Assembly (NCBI GenBank): GCA_049967475.1
Contig: JBMFSQ010000002.1
Span: 224,001 to 288,000, forward strand
Origin: Chthonomonadales bacterium
GTDB lineage: Bacteria > Armatimonadota > Chthonomonadetes > Chthonomonadales > CAJBBX01
Direction of reading: 5' to 3'
Length of the DNA stretch: 64,000 nucleotides
In this document: positions 9,349-18,328 of the stretch, in pieces
Position numbering within the stretch: the first letter of the stretch is position 1
Layout of the letters: the number at the start of each line of letters is the position of its first letter
Notes under the pieces: generated by a model
Database searches by the model: none
Seen by the model: the letters and a program-made list of their open reading frames with translations, nothing else
Told to the model about the DNA's origin: nothing
Position numbers and translations under genes: made by a program

Positions 9349-9405
9349 TTGACAGCACCGTGTGCCTGTGATATACTTTCGTCGCTATGGTTAACCGCAT
9401 AATCA
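9349..9405 (+). promoter_or_regulatory. Sigma70 promoter of the LacI gene, with a LacI-type operator over the start codon
   Basis: TTGACA (9349-9354), 17 bp, TATACT (9372-9377). Imperfect CG-centred palindrome TGGTTAACCGCATAATCA at 9388-9405. Confidence 0.7.
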
Positions 9406-10475
9406 AAGCGAGGAATACTCCCCGCCCGGCCACTCTTAAGGATGTGGCGGATATGGTGGGAGTATCCCAGGCGACGGTGTCTTACGTACTCAACGGCAAA
9501 GCCGAGGCGCGCATCAGTGAAGCCACTCGCCGCCGCGTTCTGGAGGCTGCCGCCCAACTGCGGTATCGGCCCAACGCCCTCGCAGTTGCCATGGCCCGCG
9601 GCCAATCGCGAACCATCGGCATCTACCAAACCCACGTAAGCGAATCTCCCCTCTCCGGAATGTGGGCAGCCCAAGTAACCCGCGGCATCGCCAATGCATT
9701 ACGGGATCTGGGATACCACATGCTCGTTTACAACTACCGCGAACCCAACGAGGTAGATCCCGTCACATTCCTTGATGGACGCACGGACGGCTTGGTGATT
9801 TTGGCGCCCCACGCTGAAGATGCGGTTCCCTGCCAGCTTGCTCAATTGGGTTTCCCCATCGCCATCATCGCGGGCTGGCCCGTAGACGGAGAGAAGGCTG
9901 TGTGCGTGGACACGGATAATGTAGCCGGAACCCGCATGGCCACGGCCTATCTGACCAACCTGGGCCACACCCGCATCTGCCATCTCGCCGGACCGCCGGA
10001 TGTGCCCAATGCTCAAGATCGCCTGCGGGGCTTCCAGGAGGCCATGGAAGAGCATGGCCTCGGAGATCAGATGCACATCGTGCAAGGAGGCTTCAGTGAG
10101 GCGGCAGGGTACGCTGCGGCTATGACGGCGCTGCACCTTCGGCCTAGGCCCACTGCGATCCTCGCCGCCAATGATATCGCCGCTCTGGGGACCCTCAAAG
10201 CATGCGCCGAACTAGGGCTGCGCGTACCCCAGGACGTGTCCGTTATGGGGTTTGACGACGCACCCATCTGCACTCTTACTCGCCCCACACTTACCACAAT
10301 GCGCCAGCCTGCAGCCGCTCTGGGCGCAGAAGCGGCGCGCCTCGTCATTGCCGTAGGATGCGGGGAACCGGCGGTACCTCGCGTGAAATTGCTGCCTCCG
10401 GAATTGATACCGAGAGGATCTACCGCCAGTCCAAACAGTCAACAAGGGGGTGATTGCCGGGAGAGCTCTTCGTGA
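9387..10475 (+). CDS. LacI-family transcriptional regulator
   Basis: HTH ATLKDVADMVGVSQATVSYVLN, hinge YRPNALA, and effector-domain motifs (DN, AANDIAALG, VPQDVSVMGFDD, PTLTT). Confidence 0.97.
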   Translation: MVNRIIKARNTPRPATLKDVADMVGVSQATVSYVLNGKAEARISEATRRRVLEAAAQLRYRPNALAVAMARGQSRTIGIYQTHVSESPLSGMWAAQVTRGIANALRDLGYHMLVYNYREPNEVDPVTFLDGRTDGLVILAPHAEDAVPCQLAQLGFPIAIIAGWPVDGEKAVCVDTDNVAGTRMATAYLTNLGHTRICHLAGPPDVPNAQDRLRGFQEAMEEHGLGDQMHIVQGGFSEAAGYAAAMTALHLRPRPTAILAANDIAALGTLKACAELGLRVPQDVSVMGFDDAPICTLTRPTLTTMRQPAAALGAEAARLVIAVGCGEPAVPRVKLLPPELIPRGSTASPNSQQGGDCRESSS

Positions 10476-10548
10476 AGCATAGTTCACGCCGCGTCCCGAA
10501 GCTGCGGCGATTTCGTATCCGTTGGCCTCGCAACCAAGGAGAAAGGAA

Positions 10549-11361
10549 ATGCGCAAGTTTCAAGGTTTCACCTTAATCGAGCTGCTTGTTGTGATCGCGA
10601 TTATTGCCATCCTGGCCGCGATCCTCTTTCCCGTGTTCGCCCAGGCGCGTGAATCGGCGCGGAGTGCAAGCTGCATCTCCAATCATAAACAGCTTGCCAA
10701 TGCAGCGATGATGTACGCGCAGGACTACGACGAAACCCTCACACCCGCCGGGATGCGCTATCCCCACGCCCCCACCCTTTGCTACGAGTGCGGCAACGAC
10801 CCCACATGCCTCACCTCCTCCTACTGGACAAACCCTCGCGCCTGGGTGGATTGGGGGCCCATGCTCATGCCGTACATCAAGAACGAGCAAATCTTCATGT
10901 GCCCCAGCAAACGAGAATGGGGATGCTGGGGATATGCCATGAACACCGATTCGTCGGATGACGACTTCCCTGGCCCGCCCTCCCCGCCAGGCGCCTTCCA
11001 GGATCACACCCCGCCGCTCATGCCCGCCGTGACGATGGCGTCGGTAGTCGCCCCGGCAGATTGCATCTTCCTCTACGACTCCCATGACTCCATCTTGGAA
11101 GATGCCCCAAATACCAGCTTCAGCGGTTCCGACGGACCCGACACAGAGGCTTGGGAAACGATGAACGCCTGGGTGCAGGCCGAGAAGGGCGGCATGCAGG
11201 TTCAGGAGTACGCCGAAGCACACGGCGTCAACTCACCGTGGCGGCACCGCCGAGGATTTAACGTGAATTACCTGGACGGACACGCCAAGTGGTTGCGGCT
11301 TACCCAGATCTTCCAGCACAACCTCAACATTCAGGATCAGGACTATCCCTGGATCGAGTAG
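10549..11361 (+). CDS. Prepilin-type N-terminal cleavage/methylation protein with H-X9-DG motif (DUF1559-like)
   Basis: Class III signal [58 protein letters not shown]-terminal [31 protein letters not shown]. Confidence 0.95.
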   Translation: MRKFQGFTLIELLVVIAIIAILAAILFPVFAQARESARSASCISNHKQLANAAMMYAQDYDETLTPAGMRYPHAPTLCYECGNDPTCLTSSYWTNPRAWVDWGPMLMPYIKNEQIFMCPSKREWGCWGYAMNTDSSDDDFPGPPSPPGAFQDHTPPLMPAVTMASVVAPADCIFLYDSHDSILEDAPNTSFSGSDGPDTEAWETMNAWVQAEKGGMQVQEYAEAHGVNSPWRHRRGFNVNYLDGHAKWLRLTQIFQHNLNIQDQDYPWIE

Positions 11362-11382
11362 GTGCACGTCAAGGAGATCGCT

Positions 11383-11784
11383 ATGCCCGAAAAGCTCGTT
11401 GTTGGCGGCGGCGCCAGTGCGAAACCCGGCAGAAGCGGACCACCCAAGAAGGCCCCCAAGGCTGCCGGAATCCGCCGCGAAGTGCCCCAGGCGCTGCTGA
11501 TTGCCGTCATCGTGGTAGTCGTCCTCGCCCTTGGAGCAGGCGCCTACTACGTAATCAATGGCGGTTGGGCTACGCCTGCTCAGATGGAAGCGAAATTCCA
11601 GCACGAAACCTTCCCGCTGGTGGCTGCCAAGCGCGGCGATATGGAACCTCTTGAAAAAGAGAATGCCCGCCGGAAAGCGGCAGGATTGCCTCCGCTCCAA
11701 CTGAAGGAAGACCGCCACGAAAGCATGCAGCAAGCCAAGCAGAAGTTGCTGGAGTTGCAGCAGAAACTGGGCCCTTCCCACTAA
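11383..11784 (+). CDS. Small single-pass membrane protein, hypothetical partner of the H-X9-DG protein
   Basis: AAGGAG RBS 6 nt before ATG 11383. Basic N-terminus, one hydrophobic helix (ALLIAVIVVVVLALGAGAYYVI) and a helical C-terminus. Lies between the pilin gene and a terminator. Confidence 0.8.
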   Translation: MPEKLVVGGGASAKPGRSGPPKKAPKAAGIRREVPQALLIAVIVVVVLALGAGAYYVINGGWATPAQMEAKFQHETFPLVAAKRGDMEPLEKENARRKAAGLPPLQLKEDRHESMQQAKQKLLELQQKLGPSH

Positions 11785-11837
11785 CTCCACATCCGGCCAC
11801 GGTTACGCATCCCGTGGCTGCACAACCCTCCCGCAAC

Positions 11838-11878
11838 GGCCGCCCTTCTCTTATCCAAGGGCAGGGCGGCCTCTTTTT
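11838..11878 (+). terminator. Rho-independent terminator closing the lacI-pilin-partner unit
   Basis: GGCCGCCCT...AGGGCGGCC stem followed by TCTTTTT. Confidence 0.75.
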
Positions 11879-11939
11879 CGTTTGCCTTTTGCCCCCTCTT
11901 TGAGCCCATAATCTCTCATCCCACAGCAGGGAAGCCCGC

Positions 11940-13445
11940 ATGGCCAACCTCCTCCTGGCCCACGACCTAGGCACAACCGGCAATAAGGCAGTCCTCTTCC
12001 ATGACGACGGCCGCATCTTGGCCTCTGCATTTCGCCCCTATGCTACCCAGCGACCGCACGTGGGCTGGGCCGAACAGAACCCCCTCCATTGGTGGAACGC
12101 CGTATGCGAGACGACACAAGAGATCTTCCACCAGCATCCTGAGGCGCGGAACAGCGTAGCAGCCGTGTCTTTCAGCGCCATTATGAATGGCTGCTTGCTG
12201 GTAGATCGCCACGGCGATCCCGTGGGCCCAGCCATAATCCATGCCGACGTTCGGAGCGAGGCGGAGTGTAGGGCAATAGCGCATCTGCTGGGCGCCCGCC
12301 GCCTCTACGAGGCTACGGGACATCAGCCGTCTCCCCACTACACCCTCGGCAAACTCGCCTGGATCCTGCGCAACGAACCCCACGCTGTCCGACGCGCCGA
12401 GTGGTGCCTTCAGGCCAAGGACTATCTGGCGGGGCGTTTCACCGGAGTCTATGGGTTCACGGATCCCTCCGATGCCGCCCTCACCGGGATGTACGACCTT
12501 AGAGCAGGCACGTGGTTGGCAGACGCGCTGCAGGCGGCATCCATCCCGCCACGCATCCTCCCGCAAGTGGTCGCCTCGGCGACCGTGGTGGGCACGGTGA
12601 CGCAAGAGGCTGCCGCGGCAACAGGATTGGCTTCCGGCACTCCCGTTGTGCTCGGGGGAGGGGATGGAGCATGCGCCACAGTAGGAGCTGGGTGTGTGCA
12701 ACCCGGCGATGCCTACCACTATGTAGGGGGCACCTCTTGGATTGCATCTGTGGCTGCCGATTGGGTGCCGCACCCGCTGGGACACGTTACGGCCTTCCCT
12801 AGCCTCGTGCCCAATCAAATCGTCCGCTACGTTACGGTGCAATCCGCCGGCTCCTGCATCGAATGGGCTCTGGACCTTTTGGGGATTGCAGGCACAAGTT
12901 CCAGCCGGTATTCCTCCCTCGAAGAACTTGCGGACACGGCCGTACCCGGCAGCCGCGATCTCTACTTCCTTCCGTATCTGGAAGGCGCCCGCGCGCCGGT
13001 TTGGGACGCCAATGCACGTGGGGCCTTCATCGGCCTGACAGCCGCTCACACCCGTGCCGAGGTTGCCCGATCGGTTTACGAGGGCGTAGCTCTGGCGCTG
13101 GCAGCCGCCCTGGAAGATCTGAGCATCCCCGGCGAAGTGGTTCTCCGCGCGCTGGGCGGAGGCATGCGCAGCCGCCTTTGGAGGGAGATCTTCAGTGCAG
13201 TCTACCGCCGCCGCCTCCACGTGCTGGAGCGATTGTCGGAAGCTACGGCTTGTGGAGCCGCTGTGGCCGCAGGCATCGGCGTTGGGCTCCTGCCGTCTTG
13301 GGAAGAGGCACGCCGCTTCGCGCCGATTGCCTTCTCGACGGAGCCGGATGCACGCACCGCCGACGTGTACCGGTCGGCAGCGCTTTTCTTCCGCACCCTT
13401 TACCCGTCTCTGGCGCCGCACTTCGCCCAGCTCGCCCGCCGCTAA
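11940..13445 (+). CDS. xylB: FGGY-family sugar kinase, probably xylulokinase
   Basis: DLGTTGNKA, WAEQNP, TDPSDA, GGGDGACA, GTS, FLPYLEGARAP and ALGGG motifs; xylA is nearby. Confidence 0.85.
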   Translation: MANLLLAHDLGTTGNKAVLFHDDGRILASAFRPYATQRPHVGWAEQNPLHWWNAVCETTQEIFHQHPEARNSVAAVSFSAIMNGCLLVDRHGDPVGPAIIHADVRSEAECRAIAHLLGARRLYEATGHQPSPHYTLGKLAWILRNEPHAVRRAEWCLQAKDYLAGRFTGVYGFTDPSDAALTGMYDLRAGTWLADALQAASIPPRILPQVVASATVVGTVTQEAAAATGLASGTPVVLGGGDGACATVGAGCVQPGDAYHYVGGTSWIASVAADWVPHPLGHVTAFPSLVPNQIVRYVTVQSAGSCIEWALDLLGIAGTSSSRYSSLEELADTAVPGSRDLYFLPYLEGARAPVWDANARGAFIGLTAAHTRAEVARSVYEGVALALAAALEDLSIPGEVVLRALGGGMRSRLWREIFSAVYRRRLHVLERLSEATACGAAVAAGIGVGLLPSWEEARRFAPIAFSTEPDARTADVYRSAALFFRTLYPSLAPHFAQLARR

Positions 13446-13903
13446 GGATGCGGGTTTTCAGGCCGGCGAAACGTCCAGTGTTTGTTGGCGAAGAAGTTCC
13501 AAAAGACCACAATCACCATTGCGGTGAGTGTGGCCGCAATGAACAGCGGCTTAGTGGGATGCTGCCCTTTCCACGTTCCCGTGCCGATGAAGAACACGGC
13601 CTTCATGATGGCCAGGTTCAACGCCCAGCCCACCACATTCACTCCAAAAAACATGGCGTACTGCTCGTGCCCGCTTCGATGGCCCACAGCCCGGAAGGTC
13701 CACCTCTGGTTCCAGATGAAGCCGTTGGTGACGGCCAGGCTAAAGGAGATCGTCTTCGCCAGCACCCACCACAAGTACAGGTGGAAGGTAAGGAACCACG
13801 ACACCCCGAAATCTATGGCGAAGCTCGAGGCGCCTACGATGCAGAACTTGATGAACTGCCTAAGACCGGGTTTGTTGAGCACTGCGGCGACGGTAGTTTC
13901 CAT
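13442..13903 (-). CDS. GtrA-family membrane protein
   Basis: QFIKFCIVG, NGFIWNQRWTF and WNFFANKHWTF; four TM segments. Start placed at ATG 13903. Confidence 0.9.
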   Translation of the reverse strand: METTVAAVLNKPGLRQFIKFCIVGASSFAIDFGVSWFLTFHLYLWWVLAKTISFSLAVTNGFIWNQRWTFRAVGHRSGHEQYAMFFGVNVVGWALNLAIMKAVFFIGTGTWKGQHPTKPLFIAATLTAMVIVVFWNFFANKHWTFRRPENPHP

Positions 13904-14034
13904 GAACACCCAAAATCGGCGAAGAGTACATGCGGCTTCGGGCATCACTGCTGTATGAAGCGGATTATACCCCCGCGCGCCGCATTCCAACCCGGTGCGG
14001 CGATGCGGGCTGCAACTCACACGGAGGTTCTTCC

Positions 14035-15357
14035 ATGTTCGAACCCTCTCCCATGCCTTCTCTGTTGTGGCTTTGCCATGCAGCGCTCTTGCTGACCGTG
14101 GCAGCGGGCGCAACGTTTGCCGCAGCCCCCGGCCCGCAACCTGCTCATCCTTATGTGGACGTAACGTCCTTCGGTGCCCGTGGCGATGGAACTACCGATG
14201 ACACCGCTGCATTCCAGCGCGCCATGGACGAAGCCGCCAAATCGGGCGGAGGCACCGTACTGGCGCCTCGAGGCACCTATCTCTTCAAAGGGCATCTGGA
14301 CGTACCCAGCGCAGTGACCCTCCAGGGCATCTGGACGTCCGTCCCGTCGCACAACGGCATCCGCGACAAGGGCCTCCCTAAACCCACCGACGATGGTACC
14401 ACCTTTCTCGTAACGGAAGGGGCCGGCAAGGAAGATGCAGCGCCTTTCATCACACTGCATACCAACAGCACTCTGCGCGGCGTGGTTCTGTACTATCCCG
14501 CGCAGAAGCCCGACGACACGCCCGTGCCCTTCCCGTGGGCCATCGCCATGCGCGGCAAGAACCCGGCGGTTCTCGATGTGGAACTCCTCAACCCCTACAA
14601 TGGGATAGACGCTACTCAGAATGAACGGCACCTCATCCGCAACGTGTCGGGACAGCCCCTGCGTCGGGGAGTGATGGTAGACGCCATCTACGATATCGGC
14701 CGCATCGAGAATGTACACTTCAACCCATGGTGGAGCGTAGCGTCGAAGGTTCTGGACTATCAGATGAAGCACGGCGAAGCCTTTATCTTCGGCCGCACCG
14801 ATTGGCAGTACGTGCTCAACACCTTCTGTTTCGGCTACCATGTGGGATATCACTTTGTGCAGACACACAACGGCGTATGCAATGGGAACTTCCTGGGCAT
14901 CGGCGCCGATGACTGTGAGACATCGCTCGTAGTGGATCAGTGCGCTCCCTATGGCCTTCTCATCACCAACGGCGAGTTCGTGTCCTTCCACGGGCCGGAT
15001 CCAACCATGGTAGCTGTGGGCAGCGGGAACTCGGGCAGCATCCGGTTCGTCAATTGCGCCTTTTGGGGACCTTGCAATCAGATCGCCCGCATCTCGGGCC
15101 ACGGAACTGTCGGCTTCAGCGATTGCACTTTTGTGCAATGGGATCGAGCGGGAGAGGGTCGAGCGGCCCTTCGCGTGGAGAGCGGCAGTGTCCTCGTGCG
15201 GGGATGCGAATTCCGTGAGAACAAGCCCCAGGTGGAGCTTGGCGAGCATGTGCGCCGCGCGGTGATCACAGGGAACCTGTTCACGGGTTCGGCGCGCATC
15301 CGCAACGCATCCAGTGGAAGCGTAGTAATCGCCGATAATAGCACCAGCGAACGTTGA
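14035..15357 (+). CDS. Secreted right-handed beta-helix protein (Pectate_lyase_3/GH55-like N-terminus)
   Basis: Signal peptide; VDVTSFGARGDGTTDDTAAFQRA..GGGTVLAPRGTY; repeated F-x-N-C/D-C beta-helix rungs. GGAGG RBS before ATG 14035. Confidence 0.88.
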   Translation: MFEPSPMPSLLWLCHAALLLTVAAGATFAAAPGPQPAHPYVDVTSFGARGDGTTDDTAAFQRAMDEAAKSGGGTVLAPRGTYLFKGHLDVPSAVTLQGIWTSVPSHNGIRDKGLPKPTDDGTTFLVTEGAGKEDAAPFITLHTNSTLRGVVLYYPAQKPDDTPVPFPWAIAMRGKNPAVLDVELLNPYNGIDATQNERHLIRNVSGQPLRRGVMVDAIYDIGRIENVHFNPWWSVASKVLDYQMKHGEAFIFGRTDWQYVLNTFCFGYHVGYHFVQTHNGVCNGNFLGIGADDCETSLVVDQCAPYGLLITNGEFVSFHGPDPTMVAVGSGNSGSIRFVNCAFWGPCNQIARISGHGTVGFSDCTFVQWDRAGEGRAALRVESGSVLVRGCEFRENKPQVELGEHVRRAVITGNLFTGSARIRNASSGSVVIADNSTSER

Positions 15358-15396
15358 GGCTCTAGGAAGGCCTTATGAACCCATGGGTCTGGCCGG

Positions 15397-15425
15397 TTGC
15401 CGCCTCAGACGCACTATGGTACATT
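15397..15425 (+). promoter_or_regulatory. Probable sigma70 promoter (extended -10) for the lipoprotein gene
   Basis: TTGCCG, 17 bp, TG-n-TACATT (15420-15425). Confidence 0.5.
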
Positions 15426-15553
15426 GAGATCGGGAACCTTGGCGTGCCGCACAAGGCGCCCTAAATAGGGTAAGGCTTCAAAATCAGGCGTTCGTTGACC
15501 GCATCTGCCTCGTTATGGGGCAGAGCGGATATCGCATAGGAGGAACCTGCAGT

Positions 15554-16981
15554 ATGAGAAGCCCATTTGCCGTGGTACTCTGTCTTGCGACCGCTGTCCC
15601 CTTCCTCGCCGGTTGCGGTGGAGGAGGGGGAGGAGGCGGTTACTCGGGCGGGCCGGTCACAGGCGTGTGGACTGGAAGCGTCAGCCCGTCAAGGTCCGCC
15701 TCACGTCAATCCACCGTGAACACCCTCGAGCTGGATTTTGTGCAGAACGGCACCAACCTCTCAGGCACAGCGCGTCTCATCAAACCCAACAGTCCCCCGC
15801 CCTTCGTCGGCAGCTTTACCGGGACGATTACAAACCCCGGCATCGGCGCCACAGTGGACATCACCATCACGTGGACGAGCGGAAACCAGGGGACCAGTCA
15901 GTTCCACGGTACCATCCAACCCGACGGCAGCCTCACCGGCACCTTGACGGGCAGCAATGCCGACGGCAATGTGAAGGTTACCAAGTACAATAAGGACACC
16001 CCCACCAACCTTGCATCCATGATCTTCAGTGGGTACTCCTCGGACGACGGATCTCAGTACAAGGATCCTTTGGGCTTCACCATCACCTCACAAGACGGCA
16101 ACATGATTTCGCTGGTCCTAGAGAATGACACCCAGGCCTCAGGGTACGTGCTGGGAGACCATGTAACGCTTACGGTTCCGGAAACCGACGGCACGAACTA
16201 CATTGACGGCACCCTCTCGGGCAACACCATCAGCGGGAAGTGGATGTGGGTTCCCTCCGGCTCCGGCCAGAATCGCACCGGCACCTTCACGGCAACCCGG
16301 GCGAGCGGGCCCGCTTCTGTAGAGGGAGTGTGGACGGGCGCCTTCTCCACCCGATCCGCAGGCACGGTGGAACTCGATCTTACCCGCAGCAACACTACCG
16401 TGGGAGGCGTCGCGCGCCTGATCATGGGGTCGGGCGTGTCTGCCACTGTGTGGGCCGGCCCCGTTACCGGCAAGGTTATGGGGAATACCCTCAGGTTTAC
16501 AACGACGTGGAACATCGGAACTCCGGGCGGGATGGAGGTAACCGTGCTCGCCGGGTCGGACGGCAAGCTTATGGGAACTTATGACCGCCTCGACCAAAAC
16601 GGCTCCTACGTGGAAACTGGAGACTTCGTCCTCTCCAAGGGTCCTGCCACGCCTAGCCTGGCGCCATACTACGCCGGGTACTACATCAATAGCGCCGACC
16701 CCAACAAAACGCACTATCCCGTGTCTTTCACACTGGGATCCCAGAACGGCAACGTCATCACCGGCACGACGCATTCCCAAGACCCCGACGGCCCGCATAC
16801 CAACACAGCCGAAGGGTTGATCATCGGCAACCACCTGATGATGAAGTTGACCGGAGGCGGGGGCAGTTCCACATATCTGGACTGCACTTTGAGCGGCCAG
16901 ACCATCAATGGAACCTGGTTCAACCCTGGGGACAATGTATCTGGAACGCTCGTTCTAACAGTAACGGTACAGCCCGAGTAG
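15554..16981 (+). CDS. Hypothetical lipoprotein of four Gly/Thr-rich beta domains (A-B-A-B duplication)
   Basis: Lipobox FLAG-C plus poly-Gly linker. Internal repeats VTGVWTG..LELD..ARLI / VEGVWTG..VELD..ARLI and [19 protein letters not shown] / [28 protein letters not shown]. Confidence 0.85.
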   Translation: MRSPFAVVLCLATAVPFLAGCGGGGGGGGYSGGPVTGVWTGSVSPSRSASRQSTVNTLELDFVQNGTNLSGTARLIKPNSPPPFVGSFTGTITNPGIGATVDITITWTSGNQGTSQFHGTIQPDGSLTGTLTGSNADGNVKVTKYNKDTPTNLASMIFSGYSSDDGSQYKDPLGFTITSQDGNMISLVLENDTQASGYVLGDHVTLTVPETDGTNYIDGTLSGNTISGKWMWVPSGSGQNRTGTFTATRASGPASVEGVWTGAFSTRSAGTVELDLTRSNTTVGGVARLIMGSGVSATVWAGPVTGKVMGNTLRFTTTWNIGTPGGMEVTVLAGSDGKLMGTYDRLDQNGSYVETGDFVLSKGPATPSLAPYYAGYYINSADPNKTHYPVSFTLGSQNGNVITGTTHSQDPDGPHTNTAEGLIIGNHLMMKLTGGGGSSTYLDCTLSGQTINGTWFNPGDNVSGTLVLTVTVQPE

Positions 16982-17020
16982 CGTCTTACCTGCCCTTCCG
17001 GCTGCACAGGAGAACCCTCA

Positions 17021-17055
17021 AGGGGCCGGCGCGATCGGTGCGCCGGCCCCTCTTT
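17021..17055 (+). terminator. GC-rich hairpin, probable terminator, between the lipoprotein gene and xylA
   Basis: AGGGGCCGGCGC / GCGCCGGCCCCT perfect 12-bp stem followed by CTTT. Confidence 0.6.
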
Positions 17056-17139
17056 GGCGGCGGCACGCAGGAGATCGCGGTCCTTTCACCGAAACCCATA
17101 CGCACACGCATTCGACAACACCCGTCTGAGAGGTACGCC

Positions 17140-18309
17140 ATGGCTGATTACACGCCGCAGAAAACCGACAAGTTCACCTTCGGATTGTGGACCGTGGGGA
17201 ACCGCGGCCGCGATCCTTTTGGCGAAGCCACCCGAGACGCCCTGAGCCCCATCCGCATCGTTCAGAAGCTCTCCGAATTGGGAGCCTACGGCGTCAATCT
17301 TCACGATAACGACCTCGTGCCCATTGACGCCTCCGCCTCCGAGCGCGACCGCATCGTTCGGGAGTTCAAGAAAGCACTGGACGACACCGGCATGAAGGTT
17401 CCCATGGCCACCACCAATCTCTTCTATGACCCGATCTTCAAAGACGGTGCCTTCACCAGCAGCGATGCCAAGGTGCGCGCCTACGCCGTTCAAAAGACGA
17501 TGCGGGCCATGGACCTCGGAGCAGAACTCGGCGCCGAGGTGTACGTGTTTTGGGGCGGCCGAGAGGGTGCAGAGGTAGACGCCGCCAAAGATCCCGTGGA
17601 GGCACTCAAGTGGATGCGGGAGTGCATCAATTTCCTCATCGGGTACAACAAGCATCAGGGATACAACCTCAAATTCGCCCTGGAAGCCAAACCCAACGAA
17701 CCCCGCGGCGACATCTACCTCGCCACCACAGGCCACATGCTTGCCTTCATCGAGACGCTGGATGACCCATCCATGGTAGGCGTCAATCCCGAAGTGGCCC
17801 ACGAGACGATGGCCGGCCTAAACTTTATGCACTCCGTGGCCCAGGCGCTGGCCGCAGGCAAGCTCTTCCACATTGACCTCAATGCCCAAAAGCCCGGTCG
17901 CTTCGACCAGGACCTGCGCTTTGGCCAGGAGGACGTAAAGGCCGCCTTCTTCCTGGTGATGCTGCTGGAGAACGGCGGATACCAGGGCTCGCGTCACTTC
18001 GATGCCCATCCCTTGCGAACAGAAGGCGAAGAGGGCGTGTGGGAGTTCGCTCGCGGGTGCATGCGCACCTACCTCATCCTGAAGGAAAAGGTGCACCGCT
18101 TCAACACCGATGCGGAGATCCAGGGTCTTCTGCACGCCCGCAAGGCCGATCCGGACGGGCTGGCCGCGGTCCTGGCAGCAGGTTACTCTCCCCAGGCGGC
18201 CCAGCGCATCTCGGCCTTGCAGGTAGACCGGCTCGCCTATGGACGCAAGGACCTAGGGTTGGAGCGGATAGACCAGCTCACCATGGAAGTGCTCTTGGGC
18301 GTGCGATAG
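17140..18309 (+). CDS. xylA: Xylose isomerase (short, Streptomyces/Thermus-like class)
   Basis: [56 protein letters not shown]; 389 aa. Confidence 0.97.
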   Translation: MADYTPQKTDKFTFGLWTVGNRGRDPFGEATRDALSPIRIVQKLSELGAYGVNLHDNDLVPIDASASERDRIVREFKKALDDTGMKVPMATTNLFYDPIFKDGAFTSSDAKVRAYAVQKTMRAMDLGAELGAEVYVFWGGREGAEVDAAKDPVEALKWMRECINFLIGYNKHQGYNLKFALEAKPNEPRGDIYLATTGHMLAFIETLDDPSMVGVNPEVAHETMAGLNFMHSVAQALAAGKLFHIDLNAQKPGRFDQDLRFGQEDVKAAFFLVMLLENGGYQGSRHFDAHPLRTEGEEGVWEFARGCMRTYLILKEKVHRFNTDAEIQGLLHARKADPDGLAAVLAAGYSPQAAQRISALQVDRLAYGRKDLGLERIDQLTMEVLLGVR

Positions 18310-18328
18310 CGCTTCAGGAGGATGTTTT

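Noticed and set aside
11967..15249. Long minus-strand ORFs 11967-13421 and 14017-15249, and plus-strand 12863-14095
   Set aside because: Shadows of xylB, the beta-helix gene and GtrA; no recognisable domains.
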